Shown: positions 11,898-24,927 of the stretch, piece by piece
Layout: every line of letters begins with the position of its first letter
Numbering within the stretch: the stretch's first letter is position 1
NCBI RefSeq assembly: GCF_021869535.1
Contig: NW_026262723.1
Coordinates: 22,258,001 to 22,322,000 of the forward strand
From: Mytilus californianus
Lineage: Eukaryota
Direction of reading: 5' to 3'
DNA: 64,000 nt
Notes under the pieces: generated by a model
The model's database searches: none
What the model saw: only the letters and a program-made list of their open reading frames with translations
What the model was told of the DNA's origin: nothing
Position numbers and translations under genes: made by a program

Positions 11898-14800
11898 ATG
11901 GATAGGCTGTTTTCTGTTTTGGTTGTAACGGGTCTTTTATTATACTGCGTAGAAGAGGGCGTCAGCGGTAAGCTTTTCGATTTTGCATGACCTTAAACGA
12001 ATTTAAGTTAACATTTTACCAAAAAAAAACATAATTGTGCAGTTTTTGAATGAAAATCTTAATTGCTCTTATGCCTATTTACATCTCTGCAGTAGGCCCG
12101 TCTTAAATGAATTGTCTTCGACCATGGACAACAATCTAAACGCAACTTATTTCGAAGTCTACAAATAAACTAAAAACCTTTTCATAAGAATGTATATCGA
12201 ATGTTATTTTGAATTTTCCAGTATGCAGCCAACAAATAAACTCATCATTAGGAACAATTCAGCCACCTAAAGATCGAAGGAATATAAATTGTACATATGT
12301 GATAAATTCCCCTTCAGGAGATCCAGTCATATTAAGGTTTCTTAACATCAACATTCAAAAAACACCAGGATGTGTAAAGGATTATATAGAGGTAAAATAT
12401 CTTCAGTTTGTCTTTTTGTAAGAGTGACTATTTATTAGGAAGATATTATGTAAAAACAAACATGTTACAAGGAAAACTATACTACGCACGGGATACAACT
12501 ATGATTATAATGCGTCATTGTGAAAGAAGAATGATAAGCAGTTGCACGCCTCTGTTTTAACCATGAATCATATAACATAATTTGCAATAGATTTAAAGAG
12601 GCTCCCTGACAGATTTGCACACTTTTGCAAGCATATAAAATTTAATAGGACTCGGTGACTTCAGACAAATCTCTTCGCGATCTTAACGATACTTTTTAAG
12701 GATAAGGGAGAAAATTGTATATCAAGATATTTCCAAGATCGTTCTCTTTCCCATCATTTCGCATAAAGCGTGATGTGAGTGCCACGCTATATGTACGTTA
12801 AAGAACCCTTGCAAACACTCTCCGATGACAATTCAAATTTCCCGCCCTACATCCCCGTCGACCTATCTCGCTGACGCTACTTATTGTATTAATTGTTAAT
12901 CCAGCCATTTATAAAAGGGGGGTTCCAACCCAGGATAAAGGGAGGGGGTCCAACAATATGTCCCCATTCAAAAGCATTGATCGTCAAACAAAAGGGGGTT
13001 CCAACCCCCGGAAACCCCCTCCTGGATCCGCCACTGTAATTTGTTCTTGTATATATTTGAATAAGAAGATAAAGGTTATTAAAAACAAAGTTTGTTCAAT
13101 ATAACATTTTTTTTTAATCCGGAGATCCATATAAATAGCACTAAAATTTTACTGCAATATGATAGACGATTGGATGATGTCTGCCGTCTATTTCACGGTT
13201 GGAATCATTTTTCTTTTCTTTTTTTTTTTTTACATTTTACTACTTTTGCATTTGAATAGATATTTGAAGTACTGCCATCGTCCGTTATTCGTTAATAAGA
13301 TTGATGTGACCTTACTAACAGTACATATTTTAAAAGCTTATTGATATATTAACAACAGTATGGACATTTCGCTAGCATTCTCTAATAAATTAATAATGTT
13401 TAAATTGTCCAGTTAACACATGAGGGTATGGATGGGGGTCCTTTATTTTTGTATTCTTTAATTTTTTTTACGCTATTTTTCTCTATTCTTTATACTTTTT
13501 GCCCATTATTCTCTATTCTTTATATTTTAGCACCTCATTATTCTCTATTCTTTATTTTTTTTTGGATCCATTTTTCCCTATTCTTTATAATTTTGCACAT
13601 TATTCTCTATTCTGTGAAACCCCATCCACACCCTCACACATGACGTCTTCATCAACGTCGAATATAAGGTTTATAGTTGGTCGTGACTTCAAACAATTCA
13701 TGATTATTTCAACGTCGTTCAACGTCTTCTTTTGATATTTTAAAATGGTAGATTTTTAAAAACGACGACGACGAATAGACGAAAACAATTGAAGAATTTA
13801 ATTTTCTTATACTTTTCTAACGCATGCATAACGATCATAATTCAAACACAAAAAAATCCAATCAAACTTTCCTACCCCAACTCCTAATTTCCTCTTCTAC
13901 TACCCCCCCCCCCCCCCCACCTTTTTTTTTTACCCCCACTTCCCTCCCCCTTACTCCGGATCCCTGAAGAAAATCGGTAAAAAAAATATTTCCAGCATAT
14001 CCCTATTTTCACTCCACCTCTTCCCCTGACTCCCGCATTCCGCCACCTCATTCCCATGTTCCCATACCCCTGTCCACCCCTCGTATCTAGGTGAACTAAC
14101 ATTGGACTAAAAACGTAACAAATAGGTTACGAACGAAAACACAACACTGTGTACGTTTATCCAAATAAAAGTGGGTTGGACCATACAATTTTGTAAACAT
14201 AATTACAAGCCAGTACAAGTAGAACGCAAGTTTAATCAAACTACAGAATGAGCAACTTTAACCTCACTGCAATCTGTCTACAAACTAAATAAACAAAACG
14301 TGTCGGGCAACCCACGAATATTAAGTGAGGAAAAAAGAACTTATTGAAACTACAACAAACGTCACGAAACAGTATTTGCTGGAAAAAAATAGTATTCATC
14401 GAATCCTTCAAAAGTCATTATTACTTAATTTTTAATGCAAATACTAGTATTGAAAAATGACATAACAATCCTCTTCACACGTGTGTCTTCTAGTATATCA
14501 GGAATATTATCCTAGCCATTCGCTTGACCTTTATCTATGTTACTCATTTGACCTGTATTTATGTAATTTATTTGGCCTGTGTCTATGTTATGAATTATTT
14601 ACTTTTCTTTAAGGTTAAAGATGATACAGAAGACACATATAAGCCAGTAAGAATTTGTGGAAATTCTATCCCAAGACCTATTTTTGCAGTCTCAGGAGTT
14701 TTGACACTTACATTAGTATCCAAAGCGCCTGTCGACTCTAACACATTTAAGGCAGAGTTTTACAGTAAGTACAAATATCAGAAGAATTTATAATGATCAA

Positions 14801-17800
14801 CGTAGTACAACAATATGGAAAGTCTACTAATCATTTCTAGATGATGGAATGCGAATTCCTTTAACAAATAGGAACCGTATTAAACATGCAGTGAGGTGAG
14901 AGATTTTGCTCCGTGTTGAAGGCCTCATTGTGACTTTGAGATGAGGAACAGCAATACAAGCGCTGTTATTTTGCTTTTTGTGGTTTTTTGCTGTGCATGT
15001 ACCGATTTTGTGTCATGGATGGATATCCCATCTCCTTTCTGTTCTATTATATGCTCAGTTGGTTAAGTCACGGGGATCTTCATACAAGAACGCATGACAA
15101 CTGAATAGGTAACTTTTACTTTCCTTTTGTGAATATTCCGCTTATTGGTTGGTTAATATTACTTTGCTTGTTTTTATAGAGTATAAATTTCTGATCTGGT
15201 AAGATATGATCGGGATATAAGGTTCCAATGAACTTTCTCTGGATTTATCTCAAACTAGAGGCCCTAAAGAGTCTGTGTCGCTCACCTTGGTTTATTTGCA
15301 TATTCAACAAAGGACACTCTCCAACATTGTAGACGAGAATATAATTAATGACAAAAATCTGTTTTGTTGATCTTGTATTGCTGATCATTTAGTCTGTTTA
15401 GTTTCTCTCTATCTTCTTCAGTTTTTTGCTCAGAACACAAAACAGGGTAAAAAGAAAATCCTCATTTAAGGACAATCACTCCTTTAAAGAGTGACAGTCT
15501 ACTAACTATATTGGAAAAATTTTACTTGTTAATAGATCTTGCCTTGCTGATCATTTTTGTGATTTAAAGGGTCTATCTATCTATTAAAATTTTTATCATA
15601 TCCTATCAGACAAAATGCTAAAAAAATGGTAAAAATTGTCATTAGACGGCAATAACTCCAATAAGGAGTCGTCAGACGATTTCCTCCATATTTTCTTAAT
15701 TGTAGATCTTGTCTTGTTGATCATTTTTGCTTATTTAAGTTTCTATCTATTTATTATAATTTTTAAGATAAAAGGCAAAAACGCAAAAAATTGGTAAAAA
15801 TCATCATCAATGGGCAATAACTCTGTAAGGAATCGACTGACGATTTCGACCATGACTCTTATCTGTATATCTTGTCTTGCTGATCATTTTTGAAATTTTA
15901 AGTTTCTCTCTATCTATTTTAGTTTTCAAGAAGGCAAAAATGAAAAAAAATGGTAAAATTTGTCATTTAAGGGCAATAACTCCTATAAGAAGTCGTCTGA
16001 CAGTTTTGAACAATTGGTAGACTAGAGCTCAACATTATGAACATTTTTGCCCTTGTCAGATTTTCTCTATATATAACGGTTTTCAAAATAATAGACAAAA
16101 CTTGCATTTAACCCTATGTTCTATTTTTAGCCATGTCGGCCAACTTTGGACACAATTTTTAAATTAGATACCCAAATAATGATTGTGGCCAAGTTTTGTT
16201 AAATTTGGCCCAGTAGTTTCAGAGAAGATTTTTGTAAAAGTTAACAGACGACGGACGACGGACGCCAAGTGATGAGAAAAGCTCACTTGGGCCTTCGGTC
16301 CCGGTGAGCTAGTAAAAAGGTTTATTGTAGAACTATGATTCATCTTACACAGTAAGAGTTGTATTCTTTTTAATATAAAAAGCATAAGACTTTAAAGCTT
16401 GACGATCTCTAATTCCATTACGAACTCTTGATATAGTGTATTGATGCCGACTGCACCCTTTGTTATTCGATTATTTTATCAATTGATACAATGTGTATTT
16501 TCTTGTATTTTGTAAGTGGCGTTGGTTGAAATTGTTTGTATTATTTCTGGTTTATTTTGCCGAAGTTATACATAACTTACCTAGTGGAAGTTGTTACTTA
16601 CTTAAAACGTTGAAGATGTCTTAAATTTACCATAATCTCGTTACTATTTTAATCTGTCGTCGTTCTGAAATTCCATGTTAAAGTTCTTTTTCACAGTTTA
16701 TATTATTTTCAATAACCACGTTGATCTTATATATGTAGGCTGTTCGGATTGTATAAAGAGGATCAACAGTACAGATCAACAATTAGATTATGTCTCTGAT
16801 CCCAACAGAGACCCGTCAATCACAGATTTTGTTTATCTTATTGAAAATGATCGTCCAGTTATACTGAAGTTCACATCTATTAACTTGGACGAAAGTAAAG
16901 GATGTACATTTGAATATGTTCAGGTATGTGTAAAGTTCATAATTTTACAATTATCTAACTTAATCCAAAATATTATCAAACAAAACCAAAAAGCTTTCAT
17001 TGACTATAAATATACTGGTACAAATAGCTTTGTTAATTTCGATTGAAGCGGATATCTATATGATATCTAATTTCTAACCTGATATTTTTCAAGTTCCAAG
17101 AAGAAAAGGTGTATCGCTTGTGTCATACATATGTAATAATCCGTTTTTGGATACATGGATAAAATTCTTCATCCCGGTAACCCGGATGAAAGGTACCAAA
17201 TAGACTTTGACAAAAAGAAATTGCGAACTAACAACATTTTCCAAACATCCTAAAAAACAAACTAAGACATGAATAACTATCAAACAGAATTGAAGATAAA
17301 GCCATCAAGAGTAATTCCAAGTAACGGCCAGCATATTCTGACACACAAACCAAGAGTAATTCCACGGCCAGCATATTCTGACACACAAACCAGGAGTAAT
17401 TCCACGTAACGGCCAGCATATTCTGACACACAAATCAAGAGTAATTCCACGTAACGGCAAGCATATTCTGACACACAAATCAAGAGTAATTCCACGTAAC
17501 GGCCAGCTTATTCTAACACACAAATCAAGAGTAATTCCACGTAACGGCCAGCATATTCTAACACACAAATCAAGAGTAATTCCACGTAACGGCCAGCATA
17601 TTCTGACACATAAATCAAGAGTAATTCCACGTAACGGCCAGCTTATTCTGACACACTAATCAAGAGTAATTCCACGGCCAGCATATTCTGACACACAAAC
17701 CAGGAGTAATTCCACGTAACGGCCAGCATATTCTGACACACAAATCAAGAGTAATTCTACGTAACGGCCAGCATATTCTAACACACAAATCAAGAGTAAT

Positions 17801-20709
17801 TACACGTAACGGCCAGCATATTCTGACATACAAATCAAGAGTAATTCCACATAACGGCCAACATATTCTGACACACAAATCAAGAGTTATTCCACGTAAC
17901 GGCCAGCATATTCTGACACACAAATCAAGAGTAATTCCACGTAACGGCCAGCATATTCTGACACACAAATCAAGAGTAATTCCACGTAACGGCCAGCATA
18001 TTCTGACACACAAATCAAGAGTAATTCCACGTAACGGCCAGCATATTCTGACACATAAATCAAGAGTAATTCCACGTAACGGCATGCTTATTCTGACACA
18101 CTATTTAAGAGTAATTCTACGTAACGACCAGCATATTCTGCCACATAAACACTGAATTTATCGTGGACCTTAAGTTTTAACTTCCGTTTGCCTTCTTATT
18201 AGTTGATAAATCTTTCGCTTTAACATTTTTTTTTTCTATCTCTTTTTGAAACAGATCAAACAAGGAACTAGTTATAACTCTCCGGAAGTAGGCACATACT
18301 GTGGGCAAGACATACCAAAACCTATTGTTCTAACTCCAGGACAATTTTCTGTCGTATATCACACAGAAGAACCTTACGGAAATCATGGATTTACTGCTTA
18401 TTTCTACGAAGGTATTATATTGTTTTACTGTTACTGTAATAAGTTAACACCTATTGCAATTTCATTTGCAGATTTAGTTTTAGTCTATTTTGAAATAATG
18501 CTCTTGTCCTCTAAAAAATACTGAAGGTTGAAGTCTCAATAATGTAAAGGTTGTCAAGTCCGCGGACAATTCAGAATGTGAAATATGGTATACACTTGTC
18601 TTTTATTAAAGATATTTGTTTCTCTCTAGATGTTCCTTGGCTAATTGTGTTTAATGGTAGCTTTCTGAATGAACAGGCGTATATCCAAAATGTCTTTTAA
18701 ATCAGTGTAAGAGTATATTGTTGTCAATTTTGTGTTTTCTTTTTAAATTTAAAATAGAATTAAAACAAATACCGAGATTTATTCATCTGAAAATCATCAC
18801 TACATGTTATTTATCTAGAGAATAGTACGCAATCCTTACCAATTCCTAGTCAAGTTCTGGAAGGAAAGGGAAAATATGTCGAAGAAACAACATCAAGGAC
18901 AGGTATGTGAACTATAACACTAAAAACGTATGCTACCAATGCTACAGTAAAAAACGTATGATACCGATGTTACAGTAAAAAACGTATGATGCCGATTTTA
19001 CAGTAAAAAAACGTATGATACCGATGTCACAGTAAAAAACGTATGAAAACGGTATCACAGTAAAATAACATAACGTGCCGATGTTACAGTTAAACATGTA
19101 TGATGCCGATGTAACAGTAAAAAACGTATGATGCAGATGTAACAGTAAAAAACGTATGATACCGATGTAACAGTAAAAAACGTATGATACCGATGTAACA
19201 GTAAAAAACGTATGATGCCGATGTTACAGTAAAAAATGTTTGATACCGATGTTACAGTAAAAAAAAATGTATGATACCGATGCTACACTAAAAAACATAT
19301 GATACCGATGGTACATGCAGTAAAAAAAACGTATGAATCCGATGTCACAGTAAAAAAACGTATGATATTGATGTTAAAGTAAAAAAAAACGTATGATACC
19401 GATGTTACAGTTAAAAACGTTTGATACCAAAAACGTATGATACCGATGTAACAGTAAAAAACCTATGATACCGATGTTACAGTAAAAAACCTATGATACC
19501 GATGTTACAGTAAAAAAAGATATGATACCGATGTTACAGTAAAAAAACATATGATACCGATGTTACAGTAAAAAAACGTATGATACCGATGTTACAGTAA
19601 AAAAACATATGATACCGATGTTACAGTTAAAATACGTACGATACCGATGTTACAGTTAAAATACGTATGATACCGATGTTACACGAGTTTCCAGAATAAC
19701 CTTTTCGTTTGAATTGTTTTACATTTAGTCTTTTGTGGCTTTTTAATAGCTTGCTGTGCGGTATAGGTTTTGCTCATTGTTGAAGGTTTATATATGTTCA
19801 CATTCATTCTATTGTCGTTAGAAATCTGAGCACGTGAGTTAATGTGTTATATTCTTTTTCAGCTATCTATGTGATAAGTACAGTTGGATTTTGTATTGCA
19901 ACTGTCTTTGTAGTCAACGGATTAATCATTTGGAAAAGGTATTTACTGTTATTGCAAATATCAACCAATACGCTAAATTCACATTTATATAACAAACATA
20001 CAAAAAGTATGAGCATATTTTGTTTGCTTCAATGTTAAAATGTATCTTTGTTTATGTGTTATTTGAAATTTAAGGACCTATCTTTGTTCAAAACATGTTT
20101 TAATCTAATTTCAGTAAACACATACAATATCTAATTAATAAACAACTTATTACCGTGTTTTTTTGTTCTCGTGCAACACTTTTAATGTAACACTTATAGG
20201 ACGTTTTTCTATTCAATAGAAGAAGCAGGCAAAAGAAAAATAAAGTAGAAACTGGTCTTGACAAGTATGCCACATTACAGAAGAAAGAACAAAATCCACC
20301 AGACGATTATCAGAACGAAAATATAAACATAATTTACAACCCAAACTATGTCGTAGCAGGCAGTCCGGATCCTTGCGTTATAACAAAAATTGAAAACGTT
20401 GACAGTTCTACCCCTAGTATCCTTGACGACGACAGTATATCACCCGCTGATCTTCAAACTGTTAAGAATAGTGGGGATGCCGACATAGACTACGCTTTAG
20501 AAGAAGGCTCGTACTATGTTTTAAATATCTCATCCAAAAATAAAGCTTTAACATCTGGCAAAATGGGTGACAAAAACGAGCGCAAAACATCACGTGAATA
20601 TGCAGACGTTGGATTTGAGGATGATTCTCGTTTGCATTCCACGGATACATCTGATAAAATATTTGAAGGAGTTACATTGAAGATAAGTGATGTTCATCAC
20701 AACCTATAA
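11898..20709 (+). CDS. Type I transmembrane protein with two CUB domains and a tyrosine-rich cytoplasmic tail (460 aa)
   Basis: Exons 11898-11967 (signal peptide MDRLFSVLVVTGLLLYCVEEGVS), 12222-12391 + 14614-14764 (CUB1: CSQQ..NCTYVI..VILRFLNINI..GCVKDYIEV..RICG..LTLTLVS..FKAEF), 16739-16923 + 18255-18411 (CUB2: VILKFTSINL..GCTFEYVQI..TYCG..FSVVYHT..GFTAYF), 18819-18902 (stalk), 19863-19938 (TM IYVISTVGFCIATVFVVNGLIIW), 20220-20709 (RRSRQKK stop-transfer, tail, TAA). All GT-AG; phases 1,0,1,0,1,1,2; total 1383 nt. Confidence 0.9.
13422..13635. mobile_element. MITE with 16-bp TIRs and 6-bp TSD
   Basis: TIRs gagggtatggatgggg / ccccatccacaccctc (1 mismatch); flanked by ACACAT on both sides (13416-13421, 13636-13641); internal degenerate ~29-bp repeats. 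Confidence 0.85.
15253..16312 (+). mobile_element. Helentron-associated (HINE-like) non-autonomous element with internal ~165-bp array, in CUB-gene intron 3
   Basis: 5' subTIR gctcacc (15280-15286) and 3' ggtgagc (16303-16309); 3' hairpin agctcac..gtgagct; (gacg)n-like tract; about 4.5 internal units (gatcttgtcttgctgatcatttttg at ~15369, 15535, 15705, 15867). Confidence 0.75.
17304..18148. repeat. 45-bp minisatellite (~19 copies), CUB-gene intron 4
   Basis: Unit atcaagagtaattccacgtaacggccagcatattctgacacacaa, some units lacking 5 nt; explains the periodic ORFs at 17228-18085. Confidence 0.97.
18921..19682. repeat. 28-bp minisatellite (~27 copies), CUB-gene intron 6
   Basis: Unit tgttacagtaaaaaacgtatgataccga, starting about 20 nt after the exon-6 donor. 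Confidence 0.97.
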
Positions 20710-21989
20710 GATAAAACAATAAATACAAACTCTTCTCATGTATATTTTGTGTGCTTACGCTTCAAAGCTATTGAAAATCTTGGTATTGTGAGTTTCCTTC
20801 AGAAGTAATTAAACAATGTCTTTTTGATACTTCTTTAAACAAGGGTCATAAAATACAAAATAAGCAGACAGTGAACAAATGTTTGCTAAGATAATTTCTT
20901 GATCAGACAAAAAAATGGAGTCTGTCATGTCTTGAGCCTGGAATAGAAACATCATATCATCATAGTGATAGTGCTGTCTATGGCTCATAGTCTGATGTCA
21001 TAGTGCTTTAAGTTGGATCACTTTCTGCAAGGTCTGTTAGAGTCTTAATTATAATCCATGATATTTTGTGGAAATACATTCATTGGAATGACTGGTAGAG
21101 AAGCAGAATTTGTACTATTTAATTTCTATTAAATATTCAGCAATGCAGAAATACAATCATGGATGCGCAAGAACACTAACCAAAGAATTTGTAAAGTTTT
21201 CATAAAAAAAACTTTTCAGCGGTTTGAAAAAAAGTTGAATAGACAAATATCATTGTACAGCGAGACCCTAGATTTGTCCGGGTTTTGGATTAACTTTTGG
21301 TCTTCTTCAAAGTGTATATTAAGTTTTTGAATTTCTAATATGACATTAGTTGTGGAAATGGGCACCTGGTGTAGTATATTGATACCGTTGAGGTAATTAC
21401 AACAAGAAAAGGGGTAAAAACTGTTTCACGATACAGGGTCTTAACTTGACTTTTAATACTTTAATTCAGTCTGATGCAGAAACAAATTGTAGAATGCACA
21501 ACTTCAATACATATAGAAAAAAAAGTCATATAGTTATACTGAAATCCATTCTCGCGATTGTGTCGATTGAAAATTGTATATAACGGACAAACGAATAATG
21601 TTTAACCAAAGATTATATTTTTAAATAGTTCTTTAAACAATATGCATTGGTTTTCATCGTGTCGAGGTGAATTTCTCTGATGATGGACAAACACATTTAG
21701 AAGGAAACGCATTGGGGAAGGATAAACATATCCTGCTACGAATGTTGCTACCTTTATATTGGTCGGAAAGAAGTCATCAAAAAGCAAATAATATGTGATG
21801 TCCGATAAGTACGGATATCATTAGAGAAATATTGATACAATCATTTAAGTAAAGTTAGTCTTTTAGGTTAAGTATTAAATGGTTTATAGCATTTTTAACC
21901 GATCTCTACTGATGACCCCAACTATCATGAATATAAATTTTGCTCTGACTTAGAAGTTAATGGACCAGTTAAGTATAAGTCAATCTAAT

Positions 21990-22140
21990 TGACAATAAAC
22001 TCGTCAAAGATACTACTAGTAGGCTTAAAATTTTGTACACCAGATGCACGTTTCGTCTAGAAAAGACTCATCAGTGACGCTCGAATCAAAAAGTTAAAAA
22101 GGCCAAATAAAGTAAGAAGTTGAAAAGCAACTAAAAAGTG
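21990..22140 (-). mobile_element. Short interspersed repeat with minimal type I hammerhead ribozyme motif (core intact)
   Basis: Minus strand: gcgtca-CTGATGA-gtct(tttct)agac-GAAA-c-gtgc-aTC-tggtgt; same family as 5131-5270. Confidence 0.75.
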
Positions 22141-23137
22141 AAAATAGAAGTATTTGAAACGCAAATTCCGTGCACAAGACGCGTAACTATATTACTATTC
22201 ATCAAAGTCATATTAATAATAATACCAGTCTCTTAAATCGGTGTGATTTCTAATACAAAATTGCGATTTTTCTTTCCTAAAACACATATTTTCTGTCATT
22301 CTGTGTATTTTGAATCACATTTCTTTTTAATCTTTTGATACATTCTTTGTAAATGGCAATCATAAATAAATGTATTATTTCCTTAAAAGGTAGGGCGAAA
22401 ATGCCATGTTTTTGTTTCCCTCACAAAGTCAAAATCAGAATGTTGTTGAAATCTATTAAAGATATGAATAAACTGAAGAGCAGACGAATACGTCAACAGG
22501 ACGGCAAACACAGAACAAAAGTAACCAAAAGAAATGTAGAGAGCAAAATACAGTCTTTCACAGTAGACAGGTGTCTATTTAGAGTATAGATATAATATGC
22601 TTTACATATTTTTCAACAATTTAACATCTCTTTATACAAATTAAGCAATATATCAAATTATACGAAGGTTTGGACTGGAGAATGAGGACTGTCATTTGAA
22701 CAAGGGTGTTACATAGGGGTCGGAATTCAACTCTGCAACATTCCATCTACAAACTTGTAGTTTTATTTTATTTGTACTTCTGTGAGCCAATCTTATTTGA
22801 TAATTATATGTGCTAATATTTGTATGCTTATGTGTACTTTCTTTGATGGAACTTAGCTTAATGTGATGTGTTGTATATATTTTATAGTGTGTTGTAAGTT
22901 TTCTTAAGCTCATGTTTCATTTGTTAATTGAACATGCATGTGCCGACACTTTACAATACCGCGTCTTTTTCATACATGGACACTTTCAAACCGTTAGTTG
23001 TACATATGTGACAACTCTAAATAAAGTTTACTTACTTGCTTACTTACATAGTTCTTTAACTTGTCGAGAGAGTAAACACTCTTCAAATACGTGGCATCGG
23101 AATAATTCACCATCATATGTTGGTGTTTGAACAATAA

Positions 23138-23312
23138 GGGAGCTACCATTTTATTTTTATGGGGGGAGGGGGGTTTATTCTGACTTTTTTTTTTTTTTGC
23201 CAATTTGCTCATCCTGCTTTTTTTTCTCAAAACTCCTGTCCTGCTTTTTTTTCAAATTTCATCGTAGCCCCCCCCCCCCCCCCCCCCCCCTAAAAATCAA
23301 ATGGTAGCTCCC
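23138..23312. mobile_element. PIF/Harbinger-type (Tourist-like) MITE
   Basis: TIRs gggagctaccattt.. / ..aaatggtagctccc with TAA on both flanks (23135-23137, 23313-23315). Confidence 0.8.
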
Positions 23313-23413
23313 TAATCTCCAAATCTAAGAATTATTGTAATCACATTAACGGTACCCATTTTTCTGCACCAGATGCGCATTTCGACAATAAATGAAAATC
23401 CAAAGGTTATTAA

Positions 23414-24927
23414 AAACAAGAGTGCACACGCTAAAATGTCTAGCCTGTTTCCTTGCTATTTATTTCATGTAGAAAGTCTTAAAGATAAAGGTTTTACTAC
23501 AAGTATCACAAAAACTTAACATTTTTAAATATCAATGGCAATGCAGTCAAGGTCAGATAATCCTGTCAGACAGACAGACAGACAGTACAGTACACCTTAC
23601 AATTATTATTCAATATACCAAATATAGTTGACATATTGTTTATGGTAATTGAAAAACAGACCAAAACACAAAAACTTAACATTGACCAATGAACCATGAA
23701 AATGATGTCAAGGTCAGATGAAACCTACCAGACAGACGTGTACACCTTACAATAATTCCCTACACCAAATATAGTTGACCTACTGCTTATAGTATTTGAA
23801 AAAGACCAAAAACACAAAAATTTAACATTGACCAATGAACCATGAAAATGAGGTCAAGGTTTGATTATACCTGCCAGACAGACATGTACACCTTACAATC
23901 ATTCCCTACACCAAATATAGTTGACCTACTGCATATAGTATTTGAAAAAAGACCAAAACACAAAAACATAACATTGGCCAATGAACGATGAAAATGAGGT
24001 CAAGGTCAGATGAAACCTGCCGGACAGACATGTACACCTTCCATTCATTCCATACACCAAGTATAATTGACCTACTGCGTATAGCATTTGAAAAACAGAC
24101 CAAAACACAAAAACTTAACATTGACCAATGAACCATGAAAATGAGGTCAAGGTCAGATGAAACCTGCCAGACTGACATGTACCCATTACAATCATTCCAT
24201 ACACCTAATAAAGTTGACCTACTGCTTATAGTATTTGAAAAACTGACCAAATCACAAAAAACATAACATTGACCAATGGACGATGAAAATGAGGTTAAGG
24301 TCAGATGAAATCTGCCGGACAAACATGTACACCTTACAAGAATTCCCTACACCAAATTAGTTGACCTACTGCTTATAGTATTTGGAAAAAAAAACCCACA
24401 AAAACACAAAAACTTAACTTTGACCAATGAACCATGAAAATGAGGTCAAGGTCAGATGAAACCTGCCAGACTGACATGTACCCATTGCAATTATTCCATA
24501 CAACACATATAGTTGACCTACTGCTTATAGTATTTGAGAAAAGAACCTTATCACGTAACTTTAACCTTGATCACTGATCCATGAAATTAGGTCGAGGTCA
24601 GGTGAACCCTGTCTGGCTGACATGTAGACGTTGCAAGGAACCCATATACGAAATATAGTTATCCTATTACTCATAATAAGTGAGAAATTCACATGACAAA
24701 AACACTATAATTTTTTTTTCAAGCAGTCGCTGAACCATGAAAATGAGGTCAAGGACAATGGACATATGACAGACGAAAACTTCTTAACATAAGGTATCTG
24801 CATACAAGATATGAAGCATCCAGGTCTTCTACCTTCTGAAATATAAAGATTCATACAAATAGCTTACGCCGCTGTCGCCGCTGCCGGATCTTGCATACTG
24901 CGAATTTCGTTGAAGGCGAGACAAAAA
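23414..24927 (+). mobile_element. HINE-like element with internal ~147-bp tandem array (~8 units)
   Basis: subTIR tgtctagcct (23437-23446) vs aggcgagaca (24914-24923); the aaaatgaggtcaagg motif or variants at 23699, 23845, 23991, 24138, 24286, 24437, 24585, 24740. Confidence 0.8.

Noticed and set aside
17228-18085. Several periodic ORFs (RGITLDLCVRICWPL etc.) and a CRISPR-like look
   Set aside because: Head-to-tail 45-bp minisatellite with no unique spacers, inside a eukaryotic intron.
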